Below, one piece after another: positions 26,957 through 39,400 of a stretch of 64,000 nucleotides of DNA (positions within the stretch are counted from its first letter, which is position 1; each line of letters begins with the position of its first letter). Position numbers and translations under genes: made by a program. Origin of the DNA: Octopus sinensis (Eukaryota); contig NC_043008.1 of assembly GCF_006345805.1 (NCBI RefSeq), positions 36,208,001 to 36,272,000 of the forward strand, in the 5' to 3' direction. The notes beneath the pieces are model-generated. The model made no database searches. It saw only the letters and a program-made list of their open reading frames with translations, and was not told the DNA's origin.

Positions 26957-29900
26957 AGTGTGTGAGTGTATGAGTGAGTGAGTGTGCGTGTGTGTGTGTG
27001 TGTGAGTGTATGAGTGTGTGAGTGTGCGTGTGTGTGAGTGTATGAGTGTGTGTGTGTGTGAGTGTATGAGTGTGTGAGTGTGCGTGTGTGTGTGTTTGTG
27101 AGTATGAGTGTGTGTGTGTGTGTACATGTGCTTGTGTGTCCGTGTCCTTGTTTTAACAGTGCACAATAGTTGTAAAGAGGTGTCACTGTTAAAAAAAAAA
27201 AAGGAGCACTTCGTCGGTTACGACGACGAGGGTCCCAGCTGATACGATCAATGGAACAGCTTGCTCGTGAAATTAACGTGCAAGTGACTGAGCAATCCAC
27301 AGACACGTGTACCCCTTACGTAGTTCTCGGGGAGATTCAGCGTGACACAGAACATGACAAGGCTGGCCCTTTGAAATACAGGTACAACTCATTTTTGCCA
27401 GCTGAGTAGACTGGAGCAATGTGAAATAAAGTGTCTTGCTCAAGGACACAACATGTCACCAGGAACTGAACTCATGACCTTACAATCGTGAGCCGAATGC
27501 CCTAACCACTAAGCCACACGCCTTCACGGTATCACTGTTATACAAGCAGTGACATTATCTTTTGCGAAAATATGTCCAACCCATGAGAAAATATTATCTT
27601 GCATGGAAACAGGTGAGGCTTGGTGACTGAAAGAGCATCTAGCCATAGAAAATCAGCCTCAATAAGCCTTGTCTACTCAATGCTAGCATGAAAAGGTAGA
27701 ACTTAATAAACGATAATGAGGATTATCATTCGCCTGTGTTCAAGTTGGCAGCTTAAATTATCAAAGCAGCTTCTCTGTAGTGTTACGTAACATCATAAAA
27801 TTGAAATTTACACAGTTTGATATCAATCTCTCTTTCTCTCTCTCTCTCTCTTTCTGTCTTGTATTTCAGTGTGGATCAAATTATCACGTCTTTGGTGGAT
27901 ATCTGCAGTCAATATCTTAATCAAGTTCCGAAATCCAGTTTTCTTTCACAGCTTATCATAACAGCAACATCCTTAACGCTGCAGTTTAACCTGGTGGTAA
28001 GTATTATCTGTTTGTCGGCCCTTGTGCTTGATAAAAACTGTTTCTACTTCTTTACATTTTGAGTTCAAATCCTACCAGGGTCACCTTTACCTTTCGAGAC
28101 CCAATATAATAAAATACATTCATGTATTGGTGTTGATGTAATTGACTAATTTCCTTCCACTAAAATTGCTGACCTTGTGACACGGATGATGATGATGATT
28201 AATGACTATGATGATTGATGATGATGATGGTGATTGGTAGAATCATCTGTTGTTTTATGCAAGCACTGAGATCATTGATGAGGACACACAACTAACATAC
28301 TAATTATATTCTGACATGCAATTTTTCACCAAAAAGGACAACACCCAGCACTTTGGAAATAATATCCCAAAGCATTTGTTCTATCAATAATCTCTTTGTT
28401 GTTTGCATTCTTCCTTCATTCTTCCTTCCATCATATATATGCAACCAAGCCTTTCCATTTTTTGTTACTTTGCTTGATCAGTTTCCTAAATGTCTTGTTT
28501 GTTATATCAGAAATTACTGAAGCTTGGAAGCTCATACTTGTTTATCTATTACTAAATGAAATAGAAAAAGATGAAAAGAAAAAAAATTTAAGTAAAAATA
28601 TTCTTTCTCAAATTTTATTTTTAGAAAGTTAATATAAATTTTAGATTTCGTTTTTGGATTTGGTTTGCAAGATTCTTTATATGTGTTCGTGTGTTGAAGC
28701 ATATTCTATTGTGTCTGGGGAAAGTAATTTTCTTTTTGTGCCTTATTATGTAACACACTTTTCAATAGTTTTAACTAGTCAAAACTATTCAAAAGGTTGC
28801 AAGATGCAACGAAAATTTTAGGACAATAAAAATAAGAAAAACGTGGAAATTTTACTGGTATGTGTGTTACATAATAAGGTACAAAAAGAAAATGACTCTC
28901 CCCAGACACAATAGAATAAATTTTAGAGTTATCTCCCTTACATTTCGTAAACAACAACAAAAAATCATTAACTTAGCAGTTTTTTTCTCCTTGTCACGAA
29001 GGTAATTGACTGGGTTGGGGTGGGGCCAGTTGGCAGAAGGTCATTAAGTTGACTGTGGAGGCTGTAGAGGTTGCCTCAAAGTGGCTGTGAGTCAGAGGTA
29101 GCCAGCCCTGGAAGGAGTACTGCTAACTGGACACCTCTGGGTCACTGAGAAGGTGAGGATGTGTGGGTATCTGATGTTGAAAAACCTGAAACACCTAATG
29201 ACCTTAGGAAACATCACTGATGATGGTGTATGGTGTGTGGAAAAACTTTGTTAAGCATTTTAAGTGAGACCTTAGTCCTGGCTGATGTCAGTGTCAGGTC
29301 AATGGCACCCTTGCTGGTGGCACGTAAAAAACACCCACTCCACTCTCAGAGTGATTGGCATTAGGAAGAGCATCCAGCTATAGAAACCTTGCCAAATTAG
29401 ATCAGAACTTGGTGCAGCCCCCTGGCTTACTAGTTTTCAGTCAAACCATCCAACCCATGCCAGCATGGAAACCGGGTGTCAAATTATGATGATGATGATG
29501 TTCCTTTTTGTGCAAAAAGCATTCCTGGGTAATTCTTTCTCTCTCTAGCCGTTATATTTAAATCTGTATTTCTCAAACATTTTTGTCACATGCTCCACTT
29601 TGATTTTCCAAAAAAGACATCTACCCATCACCTTAAATGGACAAAATTACTATGTGGCATATATGATAGGTATAACACCTGTTTCTGCCCTCATTCATCA
29701 TCACTCTCTCTCTCTCCCCTCTTGCTTTTCCCTCTGGCAAGGTAACCAAGTGTCTCCTTTACAGCAGCACACCTGTTTCTGTCCTCTTTCTTGTTACCTC
29801 TCTCTCTCTCTGTCTTTGTCGGTCTGTCTGTGTGTTTGTCTCTCTCTCTCTCTGGCCAGATACCCGTGTACCTTGTCTATAGCAAGACACCTACCTCTAC

Positions 29901-30447
29901 CTCTCTGTCTCACTTTAGCCTTAGCTCATCTGATACAAGATGCCCTCTTCTAATGCCCCCTCTCCTTTCAATTTTCCTTTTCTTGCAAGTCACTTGGTGA
30001 CCCTGCCAGTACTGGTGCCATGTAAAAAGCATGCAGCCCACTCTGTAGGGCTGTTGGTATTAGGAAGGGCATCTGGTGATAGAATCCCTGCTAAAACAGA
30101 CGCAGTAGCCTGGTGTAGTCTGGTAGGCTACTGTCAAACTGTCCAACCCATGTCTGCATCGAAAGACAGACAATAAACGAGGATGATATATATATATATA
30201 TATATATATATATCATCATCATCATCATCATCGTTTAGCGTCCGTTTTCCATGCTAGCATGGGTTGGACGGTTCTACTGGGGTCTGTGAAGCCAGAAGGC
30301 TTCATCAGGCCCAGTCAAATCTGGCAGTGTTTCTACGGCTGGATGCCCTTCCTAACGCCAACCACTCCGTGAGTGTAGTGGGTGCTTTTTACGTGCCACC
30401 CGCACAGGTGCCAGACAGAGCTGGCAAACGGCCACGAACGGATGGTG

Positions 30448-30508
<61 letters not shown>

Positions 30509-31624
30509 ATATACATATGTGATGATGATGATGATGATTTAAAATGAGTTTTAACTAAAATTTTATTACAAGCTTTATTCCCTTGTTACATATTTACATT
30601 ATTCTGAAGTTAACGTATGCCCTTACCAAATATTGCCATGCCCCATCAAATAGAGTGTGTGCCCCTCCATGAGGAACACAATTTAGATATATATTGGATG
30701 AATTATAGGTTGTATAAAAAAAAACAAAATCAGTTATGGGAACAATGAATTGAAACAGAAACATGTTGATGTTTGCATTTCCATACCAACACAGCTTCAT
30801 TGAGATATTGGTGGTTATAATAATCATTTCATATTTTGGTACAAGGCAAGCAATTTTTGAGGAGTTGAGAAGTCAATGACATCGACCCCAGTACCCAACT
30901 AATACTTATATTATCAACTCTGAAAATGTGAAAGGCAAGGTTGCCTCCAGTGGAACTTGAACTTAGAGCATAGACAATCAAAAGAGGATAATGGTTCCTA
31001 TCCTTTCCAGATATATAAAAGCAGTATTGTTCAACAAGGAGCAGATATAAGTTTGTATACATCGCCTTCCATGCCAAACATTTCTCTTGGACGACCTCCA
31101 ACCTCTACTGAAAGTAGCTGCAACAGCAGCCCTTCATCAGGTATGACTGATGCTGATGTCCGTGCCATGAATGCTGCCAGGTATAACCTGCCATTGACCA
31201 GTCATATATTACCAAATACTTTACCATATTACCCATCACGCCATGTTATTGATGTTATTCGTCTGGTGTGCTAATGATTCTGCCAGCTTGCTGTGTTTTT
31301 GGTGTCTGTGATCTTGCATATTTTACCTTTTTCAGTCATTGCACTGTGACCATGCTGGGGCATCATCTTAAATGTTTTTATCAAACAAATCGATCCCAGT
31401 ACTTATTTTTTAAAGTTTGCTATTTATTTTATTAAACCGTTTTAGTTTCCATCTGCCAAATCCACCCGCAAGGCTTTCGTTAAGCTAAGGCTGTAGTAGA
31501 AGAGACATTTACCCAAGCACATCAAATGTTTCTTGTTTTTAGTTTCACCATAATATTTCTCATGAAACTTTGCAAAAACCTATCTATTTATTTATTTATT
31601 TTTGTTTGTTTTTTGTTTGTTTGT

Positions 31625-31659
<35 letters not shown>

Positions 31660-34059
31660 TCTATTCATTCTTCTTCAAAATTTCCATTTCCAGAAAAATG
31701 ACTTGCATATCTGTGATATGCTGATAGATTTATTGTTGCCTCTTGTGAAGAAAGTAGATGATACCAGTAATCTACAGCTTCGGGGTATAGCTTGTTGCTG
31801 TTTGGAAGAAATGGAGTGTTTTTGCCCTGTAAGTAATCCAAAGACAATTCCATATACTCTCTAGATGTTTTTTTTCTTTTTTAATTCTACTTCCAAATGT
31901 GTCTTCGATACAAATTAACATTACACCTGCAACCAACTGTACTCAATTTGTTTCCCTCCAATGTTTAGGGATCTTCTCCATTCATTATCCAATTATCACT
32001 ACCTTGTTTTATCATGCTCATTGCTTTTTGTATCCATGCTGGATGCTCTTCTAGTTGTTATTCATGCATTAAAACTAATGAAACTGCTGAGCTGTTGGCT
32101 GTAGTGTTTATGGAAGGCGTAAGCATAATATCAGCATTGCACAGGTGTTGCCGATTCAATGACATATGAAAATAAACACTCTGCACACATAAATACAACA
32201 TGCACACTCACACTCACATGTGTGTGCACATACATACAGGTCATAAACATCTTTTATTCTTTTTTTGTATATGTCTAATTATCTTGTTCTGCTGGAGACA
32301 AATTAGATCAGTTGCTGTGCTCTGAGACAATGATGCCTTTTTTTGACAAAACCTGCATCCACAGCTTCCCTCTTGTCTCCAGACAATCAGGCTGCCTTTT
32401 CTTTATTGATATATCATCACTTTTGAAGAATCTTGAGATTATATTTCCTTCTCATGAATTGCTACCAGCCAATTGCTCTACCTTCTCTGGAGGTAGTTTT
32501 ATATATATACGAGCAAAATGCGCCCCATCCAATAGACGTTGCTTAGTTGTCAAACATTTAAACCAAATTTTCTCAAAACAACTTGTCTGACCGTCCCATT
32601 GGCCTCCCCTTTGAGAAACACTGATTTAACCTAAATTTGAGACACCAAACAGGCCAGCTTTTTTTGCGCAAACTGCACGTGCATTTTTCTTGCGTACTTG
32701 CACGTACAAATGTACGTTCCCACGGCTTTATCGATCGGATTCTCACCTGGAATCGATTTTTGTAATTTTTTCAAGACTTATACATGCCCTGATACCGTTG
32801 GTATCTACATATCAAATTTGAGCGCAATTGGATGGAGGATGCCTGAGATCCTAGAAGACATACATACAGACAGACAGAATGGATTTTATATAATAGATAT
32901 ATATATATATACACACACATATATATGTATGTATAAAATAAATAAAAAATGAAATATGGAAAGCTTTTAACAATGCAGAAAGTTTTAGAAAAAAATAAAG
33001 TTGGAGAGTTGCTGTTGTTGCTAACCCAAATAAAAAGTCATTTAAAATCTACTAAATCCACTCACAAGGTTTGGGTTGGGTTGAATTGGTTTGAGGCTGT
33101 AGTAAAAGACACTCTACCCAAGGTATTGTACACTGGGACTGAACCCAAAACCATGTGGCTGGGAACCAAATTTCTTTGCCAAACACCAAAGGGTTAACTC
33201 ATTTATGACAAAAATTAACTCATTTAAAGCAAATCTGGTGAGATATTTAGAATGAGATTACCAAAAATTGTAGATTTATTTTGCTTTGTTTATATTTGTT
33301 TCCCAGGGACTTTTGAAGAAATATTTAACCCCCATCTTGAAAACAGCCCAGCTGGAGTCAACTTATATGTATCAAGACATTGTTTGCCTTCTGTCACGGA
33401 TAATTCACCACATCACAACAAAGTAACTATGGTTTATTGTTTTTTTATCTTTTATCTTTTACTTGTTTCAGTCGTTGGACTGGGGCACCACCTTGAAGGA
33501 TTTAGTTAGAACGAATCAATGCTAGTACTTATTCTTTAAAGTCTGGTACTTTAAAGTGAAGGGGAACATAAACAAACCAATGTCTATTGTCAAATGGTGG
33601 TGGGGGGGATGAACATGAAGACAAAGACTCACACACACATAGATACACACACACACACACACACACACAACAGGCTCCTTTCCGTTTCCATTTATCAAAT
33701 CTGCTCACAAGGCTATGGTTGGCCCAGGGTTATAGTAGAAAAGACTTTCCCAATGTGCCACGCAGTGGAACTGAACCCAAAACCAAAGCAAAAAAATGCT
33801 ATCATAATTTATTATTGTTGTTAATAAGGCAGTGGATTGTCAGAATCATTAGAAAGTTTGGCCAAAATACCTCTTGGTATTTCTTTTGGTTCTTCACATT
33901 CTGAGTTCAAAGCCTACCAAAAGCAGCTTTGCCTTACATCATCAGTCCAGGGTTGACATAAAAGTACTGAGGTTGATTTAATCGATAAATTCACTCAATC
34001 CAAAACTTCTGGCCTTGTGCCTGTGTTAAAAACAACAACAGCAACAACAGCTGCTGCCG

Positions 34060-34098
<39 letters not shown>

Positions 34099-36322
34099 GT
34101 AGTAGTAGTAGTAGTAGTAGTTGTTATTATTAAGGTGTCAAGTTGGCAGAATTGTTAGAACAGTAGAAAAAAAAAAATGCTAGGCAATATTCATTTTGGC
34201 TCTTTTCGTTTTGAGTTTAAATCTCACCAAAGATAACTTTGTCTTTCATTCTCTAGAAAGAAATGTCACCATCATCATCATCATCATCATCATTATTGTT
34301 ATCATTATTATTATTTTATACCCTTTGCTTTGTTTCAGACAAAATGTGTTCGAATCAAAGGAAACTAAACATTCAAGACACTCAACTGATGAGGTTGATT
34401 ATCCTTTCATTATTTCTTTTCTTAATTATTTTAATCAATTGCCTTTGTGTTGTCTTTTTTAAATTACTCTTTGGTGTGATGTTTATTGTTTAATATTTAA
34501 AATTTTGTTCTTGTTTAGAACCAGTTCTGATAAACCTCCGACACATTTTATCATTGAACGACTTTCAATGGAGTTTTTCAACTTGATTTTTCCCTTAACA
34601 TTGTTCTTAAATAAAACATATTCAAAATAAGAGCAAATTGTGCTGGAGTGGAGGCCTTAATCTGCTAATTGTGGTAGCCAAATTTCTCTTAAAATTGTGT
34701 GACAACAAGGGCTGAAGAGGCAGCAGGGTATTTTTACATGATTGTTTGAGCTGTAGTTCTAACAGCCAAATCTATCTTAATTAAAATGTATCTAAAATGA
34801 GCAAACTGATCCACATGATGTACTTAATCTTTTAACATTTAAAACATCTTTATCCAACCCAAGTATTTTACTTGTTTTATGTTCAAACTGACCATGTCCA
34901 GCCTTTCACATCTACCCTTCAATGTCATTCTAAAAATAAGAACCAGTCCAGTTCAGTCCAGTCCAGTCTAGTAGATTGGTGGAATCATTTGAGTGCTGGA
35001 CAATATGCCTTGCTGTGTTTGTTCCTGTTCTTTATCTTCTGATTTCTTGGGTGGTAGACTTAAATCTGGTGCCCTGTCTAACAACATCACTTAGTTCTTA
35101 GGTGTCTTAAACCAACTTCATTAAGTTGCTTGGTCTGTTTTGAAGGTAACTTCCTGCCATCTATAATAATAATAATAATAATAAAAGATAGTGCTCATGT
35201 GAACTGCTCATATCCTACGCAAAATACTTTCTATGTAATCTCAAGTTTTAAAACAAACATAATTTCCGTATGATTTTTTAGTCATTCACTAGTACAACAC
35301 TAAGTACAAAACCAAATATATGGCACCCTAGGCATAATACCAGCACAAACTTCCAACTTGTTGTCTCTTGAGGTCTCTGGGTGAGACTTGGAGCCAGCTT
35401 GTGCAAATGTAAAGCAAAAGTCAAACATAGAATAATAATAATAATAATAATAAAAATAATAATAATAATCGTTATAAATTTGAGTGGTGTTTCTCTGTCC
35501 ATAACGTTTTTATGTTCATTAACTCCTTCTAGACCGTTGGTGTAAGGACAACGAAACTCAAACCAGCAACTCCCTTAATCTCAGGGAATGTCCTAAGAGG
35601 GTCTATTTTTTAAGGGCTGCTTAATTGGGGCCCCACTGACTCCCCCCTATTTTTACTGCATTTTAAACTGAATACATGGCATTGCAGACCAAATTGGAGC
35701 AATGACAATGTATTTCATACAATGAACTTCCAGGGAGTATTGTAAGGAGGTTCAATTTCTAAAGGGCCACTTAAATGGGACCCCACTGACACTGCTATTT
35801 TTTCTGTATTTACCTCACTCCTATGCTTATTGATTAAACTATGATCAATATCACTACTTAGCACATTTGCAGAAACTAGAAACTAGCTGCGTGTTTATCA
35901 GCAAAGCTGGCAGAAAGTGGTCCAAGTATTGATACACTGATACGCTGTTACAGAGATGGAATTTACGTTACATGTTGAATGAATAACAAGTTAATGGGAC
36001 ATTGGGTTTAGGTATGAGTGCGAGTGAAGTATAAGTATTGAGTGTATGGGTATGGTGTGTGGATATATGTCAGGTAGGGAGTGTGGAATGGGGTATCGGA
36101 TAATTAATACCAGGAGATACATATACAATGAATGTGACTGAATCCATTACATTACACATGGGCAAAGGGCCACCAAGCAGCCCGATAGTGGGGCCGAAGG
36201 TCTCAAAAGTGCCCTCTGTAGGAGCCAACCTGATGCTGCCTGAAGAGCAGCTTCAAGGTTAGTAATAATAAAACAAAAAGACCAAAGTAATTTTGAAGTA
36301 CCTTCCTCTTTTTCTATAAAAA

Positions 36323-36405
<83 letters not shown>

Positions 36406-39400
36406 TGAGAAGAAGAAGAAGAAGAAGAAAAAGACCAATGCAGTTTAATTTATTTGAAATGAGCATCACATGAGTTAGCTTGTTTGTTACATTTCTATTG
36501 AAATACATTGCTTTTGTTTCAATTAATTTTGAAAATAATGAAGAATTAGGTAAAATAATTTCTACATTAATTAAGCTGCTGGTGTTTGGAACTTAAATTA
36601 ATTAGAAATTTTGGTACATCTGACCTCATTTATAACTGATTCATTCATCACTGATCCAGGGTAACATAGTACACCAGTTGTGATTTGTGTTATGCTTATG
36701 AGTGAAGGAGTGTGGCTTAGGGGTTAGGGATGTTTGGCTCATAATCGTAAGGTCATGAGTTCAATACCTGGCAGTGTATTGTGACCTTGAGCAAGACCCT
36801 TTATTTCATGTTGCTCCAGTCCACTCTGCTAACAAAAACGAGTTGTATCTGTCATTCAAAAGGGCCTAACCTTGTCACATTCCGTTTCATGCCGAATCTT
36901 CCGGAGAACTACGTTAAGAGTATGCATGTCTATGGGGTGATCAGCCACTTGCACATTTGATTTTATGAGTGGGCTGTTCCATTAATTGGATCAACTGGAA
37001 CAGTCATTGTCATAACCAATGGAATGCCAGCTATGCTTATCATGGGTTGGCAATCAGTCAAAGATTCTGCTTGGACTGCAAAAGCACACCTCAATGACCA
37101 TCCACACTGCTTCGTACAACTTGAGATCTTGGCATAAAACCTATTTTTCCTGCATGTGCTATTATGCATCTATCACTGATTCATTTAACATGGTTCAGTT
37201 TTTGGAACCAAACACCCTTGATAAATGAAGATAGATATATCTTAATTCAGATCACTTCAGAATAGGAACTGTTTCTTGGAGATTTAGGAGTGGTCTCAGT
37301 TGTGCTGCTGTTGAAAGATGTCAACCCTTTTGTTACTGTATTTATTTTGAGATGTTCTTTGTTTCTTTCAATTACTTTAAATGTAACAAAGAATTTAGTA
37401 AAATAACTTAGTTATCATTAAGCTTGTGTTAGGAGCATAAATTGTGTTTAAGGTTTGGTGGAAGATTTTAATTCAAAACTTATGAAAACAAGACATTTGT
37501 ACTCAGAGCTAGAGCTGGTTTCAGCCAGGTTGGTAACGAAAGGGTTAAATAGTAAATTTCTTGTTGCTTGAATTGCTCAGTGGAATCTCTTGTAAGTAAC
37601 CCCCAGAAATATTTCATCCTTTTCTAACCATAGTTTTCAATGTAACTCACCTAGTGTTTTGATAAATTCTGAAAATAATCAAAAATTTTGAGGGGTTTAG
37701 TAAAATAACTAATTTTTTTGTAATTTAAATGATGTTTAGAATCAAACTTAAGAAAAGCTTTTTATTTTATATCATAAAACATATACATTTTATTAAATAC
37801 CCTTTAATAGAGACTGTTTTGTACAATAAAATCAGTGGTATTTCTGGGTAGGTTGATATCAGAAGGGTTAAAATGTGTACTCCCCATTAGATAAACAGGA
37901 AATTTTTATGTAGTTACCAAATTTTCTTCATAGAGCTCTGTTTTGTATTTAAAATGGTAACAACATAAGGCAAAGGGAGAGCCTCTACATTTTCACTTCA
38001 CCAGCTCTCCTTCTCTCTCTGCCTGTCTGTCTCTCTTGCTCTCCCTCCACCTCTTTTTCTCACTCATGCAAATGTTAAATATCTTAACCCAGACATTGCT
38101 ATAACACAAGAGACAATATTTAAAAGACCCGCTTTCCAGTTTGGTTGTACTTTGGCACCCCTTGTCATCTCAGTAAACTGTAATGTTTAGGATTTTATTG
38201 ACTCTACTTAAATGTCTGTTTAATCCACTTTAATTACAAGAATCCCTTTGTTGCAAAAGTGTTGCATTTCTGAAAATCTTTCTGTAACATGTAGCTTCAT
38301 AACATGAAACCTATTTATCTCTGACCTCCTTGTAACATGGATGTCAAAGGGAGAAGAAAAAAAAATGTTTCATATTATGCACCGTCGTGTTTTAGAGAGA
38401 TTTTCATGAATGCAATATTTCTGTAATTTGTGAAAATACATGTAGTTAAATCAAAGAATTATTTGGAACAGTGAATCTTGAAGCATATGAAACTATAAAT
38501 AATGACCTGTAAATATTGGATTGAAAAACCATTTTGGATGGAAAGCCTTTGACTTTTTCTACCCCAAAAGTTTTTTCAACTCAATATATACATGCTGTTA
38601 TTCATAGTTTCATGTGCTTCAAGATTCTCTATTCCAAAAAAGAATTATTTCTAATTCTTTTGAAAGTTTATTAATTCTTAAGAGCTCAAATTATATTCTA
38701 CTTTATTGTATTCATAACACTTTTCTGGCATTAAAACATATTTTCTTTTCTTTCATATTTCAATGCAGCCTCCAAGTCCTGATGAACAATCGTTGTTGAA
38801 CATGGAGGTGAAGCAGTTTGTGTCTCTAGTCATGGATAACTACATCCCTTTCACCCCAGCATGTTTGTGGACATTAATAGACACCATTGTAACTATTGTG
38901 AAGTCTGACTGGGAAACTCCGCCCTCTGTAAGTTCACTCCTCCCTTTACACTGGTGGGGTTTGGGGTAGAGCTCATTATTTTCTCTCCATTTTATTGTTT
39001 ATTTATCAATCCATTACCATTCTTAGTGAACCATTATACTTTAATTTATTAACTCCAGAGATGTGTTATTTATTTAGATATGCTAATTATTCATATATAA
39101 TATTATACTTCTACTCAGTGATCCTCTCAGCTCTTCTATACTGAGGAGGTCTAATAAACACAAAACATACACCATACTTGCCAAATAGATTGAAATATTA
39201 GTTAATCAGTTTATGTTGTCTTTTCTTCACCAAATAAGTATTTCTTATTAATAATTAATTATGATAGAAGCAGTATTAATACCAGAAGACAACCTTTATC
39301 TTCCACTTAACACGGATGTTGTGTTTGAACACTGAATATTGCATTATTTATCTTGAGAGGATTTTTCATAAGGATTTGTGGTTCTGCTCATTGCATTAAA

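Noticed and set aside
34519-34630. Alternative AP5B1 exon after ttgtttag (also 35533 and 38446 candidates)
   Set aside because: The required frame hits stops or lacks a usable GT donor.
36150-36258. Open frame GKGPPSSPIVGPKVSKVPSVGANLMLPEEQLQ ending at AAG|gttagt
   Set aside because: No acceptor, phase does not fit AP5B1, and the context looks like a decayed repeat terminus.
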